A DNA stretch of 64,000 bases from Raillietiella orientalis (taxonomy: Eukaryota). The first letter of the stretch is position 1. Each line of letters begins with the position of its first letter. Made by a program: the position numbers and the translations under genes. Positions 39,400 through 52,757 of the stretch are shown piece after piece. Below the pieces are notes generated by a model. That model saw nothing but the letters and a program-made list of their open reading frames with translations, had not been told where the DNA came from and did not search any database. The stretch covers positions 10,416,001 to 10,480,000 of the forward strand of contig JAYWIR010000001.1 of the NCBI GenBank assembly GCA_036172245.1, in the 5' to 3' direction.

Positions 39400-40490
39400 G
39401 GATTCGACGACACCTTCCTGCGACCCTGCACACGTCGTCGCCAAAAGAAGCATCCAAGGGGTTCACATCTTTCCTCGTGTGCGGCAACCAAAACTTGCCC
39501 CGACGGCGGGCAGCAGTTTGGGCAGATGGTTGCCTCCTTGTGAACGGTAGCGCTTGATTGCAGGAACGGTTCGCATGTGGGAGAATATACAAGATTTGAG
39601 CCCGGTGTTATCAAAGCGCTTGTGCTGCTCATCCTACAACGGTCACTCGCTCCAGGAAATCATCGCTCATTCCAGAAGAAGAGCGTGGATAGAGTGCACC
39701 TTTTTTGCTGTAGCGCTGTCCTTGCTAAGGGAGCAGGACGGCATCAGCCTACCGGCAAGATGGGAAGCCTTTTGTGAACTGAGCTCAAAAGGAAAGCGTT
39801 AGGTGGCTGGACCACGGACCAGCTGACTAATGCTGTGACCTCAAGTGTCCCATATAAAGAAGGTGTGCACTGGGGTGAGCAACTAGGGATTCCCCAGGAT
39901 GACTTCCAAGGGCTTCCAGTGCTCCGAAGCACTCGCACCCTTTCTCTCAAGTGGCAAGAGTGGGCGCATTTGCTGTGGCACTGGGGTCTCAAGTACAAAG
40001 CCTGCCGACATCATTGGAAACGAGAGGTGAGGTGTGGACCCAAACTGCATCAGGTACGGAGAGCGAAAATCCCTCACACACCTGCTTTTAGACTGTTGCC
40101 CACTGGTTCCCATAGGCTCGTTTTTTCACGATCCTAGAGACCTCCGACGGCAACCCCAGAGGCGTTTTAAAACCTCTCTTCATGAACGATGCCCTTTTGC
40201 CTCCAAGAGCATCCCTGGCAGCTGTTTGCTACCTTCGCAGAGTTGTGGCGTCCCGGAGCGCCGTTGGAAGCGACCACAGAGACAGAGATACCATGCACTT
40301 CGCCATCCGGTTCTTACGTATCGGAACGACTCCATCTGGGAAATATCCAGACGTAACTAGAAGATCCCTACCTGCGGGCAGACTGTGATATCTACCCGAT
40401 CCCCCTCGAGGTTTTATTTTGTTTTCTATTTGTTTCTTCTGCTCCTCTCTGTTGGGTAGGAGGACCTGTCACGGTCCACGTACGGACTCC
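39400..40490 (+). mobile_element. L1/Tx1-like LINE 3' end (3' UTR interrupted)
   Basis: LPVLRSTRTLSLKWQEWAHLLWHWGL and DPNCIRYGERKSLTHLLLDC, with a T-rich tract at ~40410-40450. Confidence 0.8.
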
Positions 40491-40559
40491 TCGGAATGTC
40501 CTAAATGCATTTGGACGTGGAAGGATTGAGAGTTCCGCCCTGCTTGTTGTAAACCGGCG

Positions 40560-41120
40560 CAACCGAATGGTAAGGGAGGTGGCGGGTCAAGTCGAGTTGC
40601 AAGCAGAGGGTCAGCTGCACTGGAGGTATGGTCCCACACACGCACGTATGGGCCGTGTACGAGCCCGTTTCGTCCATGGTGGCTGAGTGGACTTTAGCGC
40701 TCCACGACGTACACACCGACCAAACTCGTCTCTTCGGTGCGCGCTCGGGGGCCAATGGCTGAGCGACGCGAGTCCCATCCGATAGCAAGAGTCTTCAACG
40801 TCCACTTGCAGTAAATGAGGCACGACGGGGAGGCCATCGCGTGCAGGTCGGTGAGTGTTGCGCATCGGCGCGCGCAACCGATTCGCCCACCGGCTAGCCC
40901 GGAACACTGGACTCGGTCGTCCACTTCTTTCCCTGACGGCAACTTCTGTTCGCGGGTGGGCCGAAGAGACAAAGTGAGATCGACCTTGTCAGATGTCGAG
41001 TCTGAGCCGCATCCTCCTGGGAAGGGGAACCCGATGAATGTGTTGAGGCCATCGAGCAATTGGCTGGGCGATCTGGAGGCAGCGGAGTAGCTCCGTACCT
41101 TCCTCATTGGCTGTTACGAA
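40560..41120 (+). mobile_element. LINE APE endonuclease relic, paralog of 48820-49120
   Basis: IARVFNVHL (GDFN-motif remnant), with clear nucleotide similarity to 48820-49120. Confidence 0.55.
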
Positions 41121-41249
41121 GCTGCATGGATGGTGCTACTAGGTCCGAAAGTTTGGCAAGCGGCATTCACTGCATTCTCATGAGCGAGAGCAAACACGTG
41201 GATTTCCTGCCGCTCTGCGAACACTCCGGCGGCAGGAGAAAGTGAGGAC

Positions 41250-42297
41250 GTGGGCTCAGCTCACCCGGTCCTGTCGGAGGTTACCCTCTGCCGAGAGTTT
41301 TAGAAGAACAGCGGAAGAACACTGAAGGCGATGGGTAGTGAGCCGACTGTAGTGACCTACCCACCAGCCACCGCCTTCGCCGCAGCGGTGTCCTCCGCTG
41401 TCGAGGTACTTGGCACCTGCCTACCGGCGACAAGGGAGGTTTCGTGCGAGATCTCGGCCTACAGAAAGCCTTTCGATGACTGGACTACGCGTCAGCCAGC
41501 TGACGCGGCAACAGCAAGAACCATCTCCAAAGGACCGGAACATTAGGGCGAACTCTTCTCCATTCATCCCGAAGAGTTGGAAAGAGTGCCCCCGGTATTT
41601 ATGGGCAGGAAGCTGCTTCCCTCAAGTGGCAGCAATCGGTGCTGCTGATACTGCACTGGGGTCTTCCGTGCAATGCGCGTCGGCACCACTGCGGCAGGGG
41701 GGTAGCACATCTCCGAACTGTGCCAGGTGTGGAGAGAAGGACACACTCTCCCGCCTCATAGTGTGGTGTGCCGCCCTCCAGGAACTATGGGACCATTTTT
41801 CCGCATCCCGTGGATGATCCCAGAGACTCTCTGAGGCCCCTCTTCGTGCGAGACGCCATAACACCCACAGCCGCAATCGCAGCGCTGTGCTGCGTGCGCA
41901 GTGTCGTTGTGGCGAAGTGAGATGCCGAGAGAGATCAGAGGGACGGGGGGGCTGTCCTGCATGCCATCCGCTTTCTGCAGATGGCTTTTAGGTGGCCCCA
42001 CCTGGAAAGGGAGAAGGAGGAGTTGCCGGTATCCTTCAACGGATGCGGAGGCTTCACCCACTACGAAATGTGATCCTTTCCCTTCCCCCAACCAATTTTT
42101 TTTGGTTTGTTAGTTTTAATTGTTTGCTATAGTTTGTTTCCTTTTTTTTCTATTTCTGTTTCATCCCTCTTCCCCTTCGTGAACTTGATGGACCTCGCTG
42201 GCTGCTCTCTCTTTTTAGTGTAATAATTGGAATCAGTGAGTCTTTTGGCTTCATCGATCCCTATAAGAAGAATAAATGCCCTGGCGTACCCGGGTGC
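41250..42297 (+). mobile_element. L1/Tx1-like LINE 3' end
   Basis: SPNCARCGEKDTLSRLIVWCAALQELW, T-rich UTR, and AATAAATGCCCTGGCGTACCCGGG at 42271-42294. Confidence 0.8.
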
Positions 42298-44050
42298 GAA
42301 GTCACAGCTCTCTTCTTGATCCAGACTCCTGTGAAGAAGCGTGGCAGCAATTCCAGAAGGGTGTTCTGCGGCTGTTGGAGGGCCGAAGCCAGTCTCCGCC
42401 ACAAGTCGTCGAGGGCACTGCAGTCCAACAAGTGGTGCAGGAGAGATTCCATCGCCCTGCATCTCGAACAGTGCGGGGAAAGGCCATTCACTACCCATCG
42501 CCTTCAACACTCTCCCTGGGAAACCAGGTGTCTGCACTGATTGCACTGGAATCCCCAGTGCAGTGGCAGCAGAACATTCTGTTTCCAACTTAGCGGGAAC
42601 ACGGAGGTGTCCACGCAAAGGAAAGGGATCGCGAGTTCTTCGGGGGGGGCACATCAAACGGGTGACGAACAACAAAGAACAACGAAAGACACTCGGGACA
42701 AAAACAACGAAGCGAGTCCGGGGATGCAGCAGCTATTACTGCACTCCTTCTACAAAAACCCCTCTCTGCAGGACGTCATCGTGGCGGGCGCAAATAGCCT
42801 CCCCAGCCGCAGCACTGCCTTCCCTCAGGAAGCACCTGGGAACTAGCCAGCCGGTCAAATGGGAGGACAGTTGCAAACTCAGTCAGAAGAGGAACTAGGT
42901 GGTTGGACCACGGGCCAGCTCAAGGACACTGTGACCCCAAGCGTCCCACTGAAAAAACTATCGCACTATAGTGAGCTGCTGGGGATCCCACAGGAAGACT
43001 TAGAGCGCCCCAGTGCTGAAGAATAACCTGGTCCTCTCCCTGAAGTGGCAGGACTCGGCACTTCCTCTGATGCACTGGAGCTTCCTGTGCAACGCCCGCC
43101 GTTCACACTGTATCCGAGGGTTTGTGGACCTCAACTGTTGCAGGTGCGGGGAACGGGATTCCCTCCCGCACCTGCTTGAGGACTGTGTTGCCCTCTGGCA
43201 CCTGTGGTTGAGTTACTCAACGGCTCTTGGGCATCAAAGGGCAATCCCAGGGACGTGTTGAAGCCCCTCTTGGTTAGCGATGCCCTTTCGTCTACCTCAT
43301 TCTTAGCAGCTCTTTGCTGCCTACGCGGGATCGTGGCGGCCTGGAGCTACGTGAGAAGAGGATGAAGGGATTCCCATCTTGCGATGGGGATGCCATCTGC
43401 TTCGCCCTGCGCTTCCTGCGGACGGAGGCAGCTAGATGACCCACCTAGGGCACACTCAGATGGGACTTGCCGGCTTCCTGGAGACGATGCAGAAGACTCC
43501 CTCCTACAGATCGTGATCCCTTTCCGTCCCAGAGGTTTTTTGTATTACTGATTTTTATTTATTTTTGTTGCCCATTCCCCCTCCGCTGCCGAGGCGAACC
43601 TTGCCGTTCTGCTTGCCGGTCACTCGGCAGGCTCCGAACATTTTCCAAAAATGTAGGGCCGATGGCACTAAACATGTATGCTTACTTTCTATAATAAACG
43701 TCCTGGCGTGACCCGGTGATAAACCAAGCAGGTCATTCCACCGAAAGACAATCTTCGACCGAGAACGAGCAATGGCGCCATCCGCCAGCTCGCTTTTCTT
43801 GCAGCCGTCGGGGAATTCCTCGACTCCTGCAATGCTGCAGGACAACTCCCAACCCACCGTTTAGCTGCTGTCATTGCTTTTCCTGAGGGCAGACAACGCT
43901 GCGGCAAGGAGTGTGACGGCTAATCTGGGACCACTGCGTCCAATCCTGCAGAAGATCTCCCAGCAGTTTGTGTAGGAGATTCCTCAGCTATCGCAGTTCC
44001 ACTGGACGCACGTCCATAGGGGCAGCCCAGAACTCCAGAGCCACCTACCA
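42298..44050 (-). mobile_element. L1/Tx1-like LINE 3' region, interrupted by the plus-strand copy at 42666-43722
   Basis: Minus-strand SPHCSRCRAMESLLHHLLDC. The pieces 42298-42652 and 43736-44050 join into a sequence colinear with 50390-51040. Confidence 0.8.
42666..43722 (+). mobile_element. L1/Tx1-like LINE 3' end nested in an opposite-strand copy
   Basis: LSLKWQDSALPLMHWSFLCNARR...NCCRCGERDSLPHLLEDC and AATAAACGTCCTGGCGTGACCCGG at 43693-43716. Degenerate TSD at 42653-42665 and 43723-43735 (9/13). Confidence 0.85.
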
Positions 44051-44134
44051 GGAGAGGGAAGAAATACCTGTCTCCCTCCAGTCAGCCACAGTACATCTCT
44101 TCACAGAGGAGGGGACGTACACAGCACGGACAAG

Positions 44135-44901
44135 TGACGTCCGATCACCCTAGTGAATTCGGGACGTAAAGCTGCCTTCGAAACGGTGGGTCGTGCATCT
44201 GGGGCGGATTAATAAGCCCATGATCGGTTCAGAATAGCCTTACGGAGCAACTCATTCTTCGTGCAGTCCTGGGCTTCGCTGCAAAAGAGGGTCGAGATGA
44301 GTGCTGCGAAGCGAATAAGGCCCAGAAGGATGCGAGACCAAAAGACCAGAAAGCAGAAAACAGTGGAAATACCGGGAACCTTGACGGTGGCTGCTGTCGA
44401 TTTTCGAAAGACATTCGACTGTGCAAACGAGGAACTCCTTCTGGAGCTCGCGGAGCGCATAGGCCTCCCCAAAAGCTCGCTGCTGTACCTGAGTTCAATT
44501 TGGCACATCAGTAAATATCTTCATTCAGTGGTCGTGGTCGCGTGTACAAATCTCCAGTTCTGAGAGGGTGCGGGGCATCTCGAGTTGTACGCTGTTCAGC
44601 ATCTTCTCCGAGTTAGTGGTGCGCATCCAAAAAAACTCTGGTGGCCCTGCAAGCATTGTGCGCCTTTAGGCCGACAGTGTTGGCTTACGCTAGCGACCTA
44701 TTCTTCCTGCTAACCTTGTCGACCTCGGCGGCATCGCTCGAGAGATTCTTTGAGATGCTAAGCCGGGGAACGCGCATGAGAGCGAGTAGAACGTAGTCGA
44801 AGTCGACGTTCCTGTCGGTGCGGAGTGGGCAGGGTACCCGGGCTTTCTGGATCTGCTCGGAGATCCCCGTGAGAAACATCATAAAATACCTTGGTGTGCC
44901 C
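44135..44901 (+). pseudogene. Non-LTR reverse transcriptase relic (L1-group)
   Basis: Ordered motifs *RPITLVNS (RT1), VAAVDFRKTFD...LAERIGLP (RT3), GVRG..SCTLFSI (RT4), LAYASDLFF (RT5, YADD decayed) and IKYLGVP (RT7), with frameshifts. Confidence 0.85.
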
Positions 44902-45969
44902 TCAACCCTCTATAGACCGGTGTCACTTTGAAGTCACATACTAATATATCGAGATCTTATCGATTTAGTTAATTTTTTACTGCAAGGTAGCACGCACATC
45001 TTGTTGTATAACGTCTCCTTGTGTAACCAACAACAGTCTTGGTAACGGATGTCAACTCGAACCCGAGATCTCGAGGTGAATGCTTTTGCAAGTTGTCCAG
45101 TACAGATGAAAGTTGTACGAACCATCCTGTACAGTCATCATTGTCTTTCGTTCTATCGGGTTTCGACAAACAAGAAAAAGCCTACGTAGTAGCTCTTGGT
45201 TTGTACATCAATAATCTCTTATTCGTCTGCACTGAAGCAATCATTTTGTTCTATTTTTTTCACACGATACAGCATTGTGACTTTCAAGCCACAAGGAGCT
45301 ATAGCGGTGGGATTCGATGTATCAACCGCTGTAGATGAACAATTTCAAGAGGAGAAGAAAAGTGCAACACTTCCAGTCCAAAACGTGCGAAAAGATGAAA
45401 CAGCGCCAATTGGCCAATCTTTTCGGGCAAGAGAGGACGCTGCAAAAATCCAGGATAAGCAAAGGAGTCCCCAAAATAAAATCTCCCAACTGCAACGTCC
45501 ATCCACGTTGAACGCCAAGCATCAACTGTTTCATGGAATTCCATGCTTGAGCTTTTCTTACACTCACAAGTGCGTTGTACGTTGTACGCCGTTGTAACCT
45601 CAAAGTTACAAAGCATATTCGTTATAATAAAATCATTCCAACTACTGAATTCGCTATTAATTTGTATTCAGAGGTTGATATTTGTTACTTTCGCTTCACA
45701 TAAATTTTTTTATAGCCGTAAAGAAAATTCGGACTATAGAGGGTTAAGAGACTTTTGCCCTTCAGAAGTCTGGTCTGGTTGCCTCCAGAATACGGATGTG
45801 CCACTTTTTCCGTTCCATGACGCCAAGTTTTGCTTTTCGTGATACGGGGTTCAATTTGGAATGTCATTGTCATTCCTTCCTCCGTCCCCTCCTATTTTCT
45901 TCTACCTCTACATACGAGGAAAGGGGCAAGGCGGATGGACTTACGCGGGAAGCACGGTGAGGCACCGCA

Positions 45970-46440
45970 ACGCAGGTCTACTTTAGAGACCTTGTCTCAC
46001 CACGAAAAGATGCAGGATTCAGCATCCTGACTTTAAAGGGGGCTGCTAGGGTCACGGAGAAGCGTTCCCATAGAGGCCGGAGAGCAACACAATCAACAAG
46101 CAGAGTGGGAGAGGGATTCATGTTTTCCTCACCGGCCGCACTTTGGGTCCACACATCCCCGTGTTCACTGATGCCGGCGGGCGTTGCACGGGAGGCCCCG
46201 TGCGGCAGAATCAATTCCGACTCCTGCCACTTTAAGGAGAGGATGCGTCGATCCGGAAGCACTGGAATTCACTGCAGATCTTCACGAATACCCAGTAACT
46301 CGTCTCAGCGCAAAAGTCCACGAGGATGAGCAATCGTGGTCGCAGCGTCGGTGAGCTGGCCCGTCGCCCATTCGCCCAATCCTTTTCTTCTTCCAGAGAT
46401 GTTCACAGTAATCTATCATCTAGCAGCAAGACTGCTGCAC
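45970..46440 (-). mobile_element. L1/Tx1-like LINE C-terminal fragment
   Basis: ILSLKWQESELILPHG...LLVDCVALRPLWERF. Nearly identical, in inverted orientation, to 63017-63338. Confidence 0.85.
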
Positions 46441-47589
46441 CGTCTGCAAGAATGAGATCCTTGCTAGCTCGCAACCGAGACTGCATGATATCGATTGAGC
46501 TCCTAGTGAGGCAGATGGCAGTTCAGAACATCCGTGGCTCCGACCAGCAAACCTCAAACCCTCAAACTGCAACGCTAGGAGGCAAGGGACAGTGGGAACC
46601 TGGATCTGCACCGCAGGCGCCGACGTCATTGGCATCATTATTTCCGTAAACAATCCAGGGACAAATTTCTTGGATGACGTGAGACGCGAGCAAAAGAATT
46701 GGAGGAACCGTCGCCTCTCATTTAGCTCCAGTTCTGCCTTCCCTATGAGAGAAAAGTAACAGCTACCATTAGGCAAGGTGGGAGATTTCGTGCTCTGCAG
46801 CAGCATTAACGGAACTCTTAAGCGATAGATCGACGGGACATCTGGACAAAGCGGCGGTATCAGGTGACCTGACAGAAGGACTGCTTCCCTGGTCGAGATG
46901 TTTGAACATCCTCTCCTTGGATCTTGTTGTCTACTCCTCGCTCAATGGCAGATCCGTTCTTCCCTTATGGAGGCAGCGTGCAGCTTTGCTATTCGTTCCT
47001 TGGGCTTCCTATGCTGCCAGAGCTTCCACTGCTGGACGAAGGAGAACATTTTTTTGAACCGCGTGAGGAGTGAAACCGATCTCTGGACCATAGAGTTCTT
47101 TGGAGCTAGTTGGAAACACTTCGCAGCTGTCCTGCTCCGCTCTGAGGACACCCTCACGGGACTGCCACGGTGACGCCTCATGCGTGGCGCACTCCCGGTT
47201 GCTTCTTCTGTCCCGATCCTGTATCGCTCCAGAAGAATTTCGAAATCCCCATCGCTCCTAAAATGGGCGCGCCATCGAAGGACGAAAGGCCACACTCCTC
47301 GCCTCTTGAGCGATGAAGAACGATGGAGTGATGTCCTTACCTGAAAAAAAGACTGGAGTAGGATGCCTTCATCTGTGCACTCAGGTTGCAGAAGCTGCTG
47401 CTGATCTAACGTACGAGCCTTTCCCTCCCTCCCTTATTTATTGTTCCCCTCTCCTTAACATTCCCTATCCTTATTATATAGCCGACCTGTGAGCCGCTGG
47501 TTGATTCTCCCTTCATGAATTCGTAAAGTCCCGCAGGATTGATGTTCCACTTGGTTTTTTTGTTTGGGGAAACTAATGGTCTGGTGTCA

Positions 47590-48500
47590 CCAGATGACAA
47601 TGGTACAATGGTGTGTGGGCTTTGATCGCACGGGAATCCCCAGTACAGGCAGAGTGCCGCCGAGTATTGCTGGCGGGAGGAGAGCAGGGAGCTGAGCTGT
47701 CCAGGGAGACGCCGTGAGTGTTTGTCCGTCAGGGCAGCCCTTAGAAGCGTCCCTTTGAGGCGACGTCTGGTAATTCATGCTCCGCTCAACTCTACTGTTC
47801 TGCGCTGTATGCGGTCCTTCTACAGAGTCCTGCCTATCCACCAGTCCACAGTCATCACACTCCTGCAGTGAGGACAGCGCCGCATCTGGCAGAGTAGTGG
47901 TATTCCGGAACCTCTTCTTGGGTCCCCATTGCATCTCGTGCAGCGGGATTCCCCCAAGGTTTCTACGGGGCAGAACAGTAGGGGCCGCGCTTCGTATTCT
48001 ACAGTCTCCTTCCCTCATGCGTTGTAATCCAGCTTCCAGGAGTAGGTCCATGGCTGCTCTTGCAGAAAGGGAGTCAAGTCCTTCGAGATGAATCCCAGGG
48101 GTTTCAACCTGTCGCGATTATGGGAAAGTGGACCCTCTCTCTGCAGTCTGAGCGCTGGAGAAAGTGGCACGCAGATAGGCACCTCTGTAGTTCGCTGGAA
48201 TAGAGCTACATATTGGAAATTCTTCCATAAAGTCCTGAGCATCGTTTTTTCGCATAGTATGGAAAAAGACAAGCATGGAACAGGACGAGAAAAGCGAAGG
48301 CAAGGGTCCATGAGTTCATGACAGCGAAGGGGCTCAGCGCCTCTTTCACTGTCGGGAGACAGCCAAGCAATGCTTCTGCGACACAGAAGTCTCACGGTGG
48401 GTGTATCAAGGCACTGAAAGCTACCACCTCCGTGGATTCCCAAGCACATCCAGCCTGACTGCTTTGATGGGTCTGCTTATACGTAAGGATGTCCGACTTT
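47590..48500 (-). mobile_element. Degraded LINE RT/thumb relic
   Basis: Weak remnants DRLKPLGF (RT7-like) and LPRRNLGGIP (LP...GGLGIP-like). Confidence 0.4.
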
Positions 48501-48819
48501 AACCTGATGAACTTCATACCATGGTGCAGCTGCTGCAAAAAATGCTCGAGAAGCGCTGCTTAGATGAAAATGGGTAACAGAAGAGGTTGTCTACATAACG
48601 GGTCAGCAAATACGGTGGACGGATGGTGGAATGATCATCAGAGTCCTCAGCACAAACTCGAAATGTGCACTGGAAAGCCATCTCGTCTTAAAATCTTCTC
48701 CTGCAGGAGTACGATCCACACACGGCGCTCGCTGAAAGAAAGATGTTAATGAGCGCATTCCTTCACGAAGAATGACGAGAGGCAGCAGGAAGGTCGTGAG
48801 ACCTCGGCATTCGGCCATG

Positions 48820-49120
48820 TTGGCCGAGTGGTCCTGCGCGGCAGATCCCACCATAGCGCTCCATGTGGTCACAACATGCACACCAAACGAACTTGGCTCT
48901 TCATTGAGCGCTCGGAGCCACCGGTTGAGCGACGCGAGTTCCAGTCGATAGCAGGGAGCTTTAACGTCCACCTGCTGCCGAATGACGCACGACGGGGAGG
49001 CCATCCAGTGCAGACCGATGAATGTGTGCATCGGCGCTCACAATCGACTTGTCCACCGGCGAGCCCGAATCGCAGGACTCTACGGTCCACTTTTTTTTTG
49101 ACGACGACTTCTGTTCGCGA
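48820..49120 (+). mobile_element. LINE APE endonuclease relic
   Basis: FQSIAGSFNVHLLPND is a decayed IAGDFN motif. Paralog at 40560-41120. Confidence 0.6.
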
Positions 49121-49972
49121 AGTGGTTGTCTCCCTGATTCGATCTTAAATAGGAATGCAAAGACCTGAATATGTGGGGTGCAACGTGATGCTGCAGGTCT
49201 GCCGGAGTAACACGTTTTAACGGGAGCAGAGCTTGTCTGTTACAAGCAAGTTAGGACTTGTTTGCCCACTCCTCCGCAGACACTCAGGTCACAGAGTGGA
49301 CAACAACTTGATACCTGAGTTCACCACTCTGATCGGATGCCAGCTGCTTGTGATGCGTGGATCCCCTCACTCAGGAAAGGGACTCAGCCTCGGAGATTGG
49401 AAGGATGCACATTGTTCGTCCCCATAGTCCCCTCATTGCCAGCCGCAGTAACAGGGAACCCAGCACCGCAGCGAAACACTGATCTTGTTCTACAAGAAAG
49501 CCATCCTCGCTTGTTGCTTTCCATCTCTCGAGAGCTTTCCCGATGGCAAGGAATACGTCCATCATGAAAGATTCCTCGGAGTCTGTGTGTTGCCCCTTCT
49601 TTAAGGCAAAAGCGCCTCCTGAAAACAATGGCTGTATGCAGAGTCACGCTGCATAGGTTTGCGTGTGGGAAGGAATCAGAAATGCGCGAGAACATTGAGC
49701 GGAACCGAAAGCTCGTGATCCTGCTTTCCCGGCAGACACGTCTACTGGCAAATGTGCCTCTCATGCATGGAGCGACATTGTGCTAACCGCCTTACATCCG
49801 CATAGCGGAAGAGCGAGCACGCGGCTTTAGAACGGCGCTGCTGCTGAGGAATCTCTCTCTGTAGTCTGAGGCAATTGGTGTCGAAGGGGAGATAAACACA
49901 GAACTCCAGACAGATGCCATCGTTAAGAGGAGCTCAATCCCGGAGATCCCGGATAGCAAACCCTAGCAGGTT

Positions 49973-51090
49973 TCCACTCGGTAATGTCGGGACATTTATT
50001 CAAAAAACTAAATAGATAACAAGTCAGATGAAATAGTATTCCATTGAAACGAAACATGCCTAAGAAAAAAACAAACAAAATCGGAAGATCACTTGGGATG
50101 GCCACCAGCATGCATGTCGGCTTCCATTCAAGTTCAAAAGGGGACAACAAATAAACATGGTAGGGAATGGACATGGATCTTTGGTACAGTACGTTTCCTA
50201 GTTCTTAATATAGGCTCTGGATGGTGGCGACCTCTCTGATGGCTTCTTCTGGCAGATGAGGTCATCTTGCAGCCATCCCCATGAAGGCGGCTGCTACGCT
50301 GGTGGCCTTCATCCCCCATGAGCCTGACTCCAACACGTGGAGGACTGTCATACTATGGCGCGGATGCAAGATCTCGTTGTGGTTGAAGCGCTTCTCTTCA
50401 GTCCGCCTCCGGTGGAGAATTGCCGCAGCAAGCCCGCTGCGGTGTCCTGCGGTCGAGGGAGCGCCTAAGAGAGTCTCCGCCACATGTCCTCCAGGGCACC
50501 GCAGTCCAACAGGAGGTGCGGGAACAATCCCATCACATCTCACCTTAAACAGTTCGGGGACGCCACTCCCCCGGAAACCAGAAGACTGCGCTGGTTGCAC
50601 TGGAGTTCCCAGTGCACAAGCAGCAGAACATCCTGCGGTTTCCAACGAAGCGGCAACACAGAGGTGTCCGCACGCAGAGGAGGGACCGTGAGTTCTTCGG
50701 GAGGGTACACCGAGCAGGTCACTCCATCGAAGGAGTTTCTTCGCCCTAGAACAAGGAGCGGTGGCGTCCACCAATTCACCGTCTTGCAGCCATCGGGGGG
50801 AATTCCTCGACTCCTGCCATGATGCAGGACAACTCTCTACCTGTCGGCTGGCTGCTGTCATCGTTTGTCCGGAGGGCAGGCAGAGCTGGGACAAGGGATG
50901 TGACGTCTATCCTGGACCACTGCGTCCAGCCTTGCTGGAAATCTTCCAATGTCTTGCACAATCTTCCAGAAATTTTTGCAGTGGTTGCAGTTCCTCTGGG
51001 CGCACTTCCAGCCCAGGACTTGAGAGCCTCCGGCCGTCAGGCGTTCCAGTTTTGAAAGCGGCAGGAGATCCACGGATGAGCTACCAGAAG
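49973..51090 (-). mobile_element. L1/Tx1-like LINE 3' end
   Basis: SVLPLRWKPQDVLLLVHWELQCNQR...VASPNCLR, with terminal AATAAATGTCCCGACATTACCGAG at 49977-50000. Confidence 0.85.
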
Positions 51091-51569
51091 TGAGGACTGA
51101 TGCCTCATGAGTTAGTCAAAGCCGTTCTCCCTACGTAGGCTGCGCGGCAGCAGCGAGAAAAGTCCTGCGTTTCCCGCACATCGCCGGTGGATGTCGCATG
51201 CTGGAGCACACTATTGGCAAGTGCACAATTTTCCACAAAAAGTAGAATGTAGAAAATGCACCTACAGTACGATCTCGCGGGTGGTCAGGATGTCCAAGCA
51301 AGCATCCTGATGAGGCGCCATCAAGTATTTCAGTCGGATGCGGGACCTTGCAGCTCCCCACAAGGCTTTCCTTAGGAGATGCTGCGCCTGGATTTTCACC
51401 GGATTGGGGGCGAACCCAAACAGGAAGATGTGGTGAAACTCTTCCGCTTTCAGGTCGCTCAGCCAGATCCCAACAGTAGCCTGATGTTAATTGACGGCCG
51501 CTTTCCAGGCGGCACTACCTGTACCTCCATCTTGGGATCATTAGACAACGTTGACCTTTGACTGGTTGC

Positions 51570-52330
51570 GCAGGAGAGTTCACTGAATACAAAAATAAAC
51601 AAACAGAGTGAAAAGGCTGTTCCCGAAGAGAAACAACGAAGAGAAGGGATCACCAACATCGAGTCGTTCGTTAATGGAGCGGTGCGTAGGAAGAGGGAAG
51701 GGAAGATAGGAAACAGGGTCACTAGTGGTAGCCACCCTTTTCTTCTCGGAACCGGCGTGTAATGCCAGCGATCTCCAGCTTAACTTCTTAGAGGTGTGGT
51801 CAAAGAAGATCCAGAAGGTTCCCGCTCGTCTTCGGGTAGGCGGTTGTCATGAGGGTGACTTCTCTTCGTTGCGCTCGAGACCCCAAGACATGGTGACCTG
51901 TGATGATGGAGCGAATGCGACATCTGGTTGCCATCATTGCCGAGAGTCCTCCGCGCACGAAGAATCACCGCGTCAAGTCCTTAACAGTGCCCTCTGTGTG
52001 AAGGATTGCTAAAGCCAGAGTTCCCCGAGGGCACCACAGTCCAGCAGCAGGTGAGGGAGAGATTCGACCGTCCTGCACCCTAAGCGGATCGAGGACGCAG
52101 CCTCCTCGGAGGCGAGATGTCGACACTGGCTGCACTGGAAACCTCAGTGCAGAAACAGCCTGTTTCCACTTCACAGAAAACACGAAAGTTTTCAAACACA
52201 AGAGAGGGATCACAAGTTCTTCGGAGGCGACACTTAACAGTTCGGACTACCGAAGGAGCGCGCACTGGTGCCGCCAAGGAGTTTCGTCCTCCCTGCAATG
52301 GTTCAGGAAAGCTCCCATCCCGCCGGTAGG
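51570..52330 (-). mobile_element. L1/Tx1-like LINE 3' end
   Basis: TFVFSVKWKQAVSALRFPVQPV is colinear with 4000-4460. The plus strand is A-rich (T-rich UTR on the minus strand) at ~51590-51720. Confidence 0.8.
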
Positions 52331-52715
52331 CTGCTGAGCGCTTTTCACACGCCCCGAAGGTCACCGCACCCATCATCAAGTGCGTGAAGGCTTCCATCTC
52401 ACGTCAGCTGCCGCAGTTACGGGAGCTTTTTCGAATGAGGAAGTGCGTCATTCAGCCTATAGGTGGTCAGACGAATCGATGACGCCCTACGCACGCGCGC
52501 GGGAGCCTCTCCGTTCCTGATGATGAGGTCAATCCGTGGAAAAGTTTCCATACTCCGTTCGTCTGAGCGTTGCTCTTAGAAATGAATGAACACTGCTTCA
52601 CCCAGTGTTCTTCGATAGCTGCGACTGTCTCCTGTCCGATTCCCGCACGCTCCCGCCTTAGCTGGAATCCTTGGCGTATGCTGCCTGATGCGTCTCCACA
52701 ATGGTCCCCTTCCAA

Positions 52716-52757
52716 CACTGATACGGAAGACTTCAGTAGAATTCTTCCGTATCAGTG
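52716..52757. repeat. Perfect 15-bp hairpin
   Basis: CACTGATACGGAAGA-cttcagtagaat-TCTTCCGTATCAGTG. Confidence 0.95.

Noticed and set aside
32924..42309. 12-bp match GAAGTCACAGCT (32924-32935 and 42298-42309) as the TSD of a 9.4-kb insertion
   Set aside because: The enclosed fragments are not colinear as one element, and the left flank does not clearly continue the minus-strand LINE. It cannot be supported without alignment.
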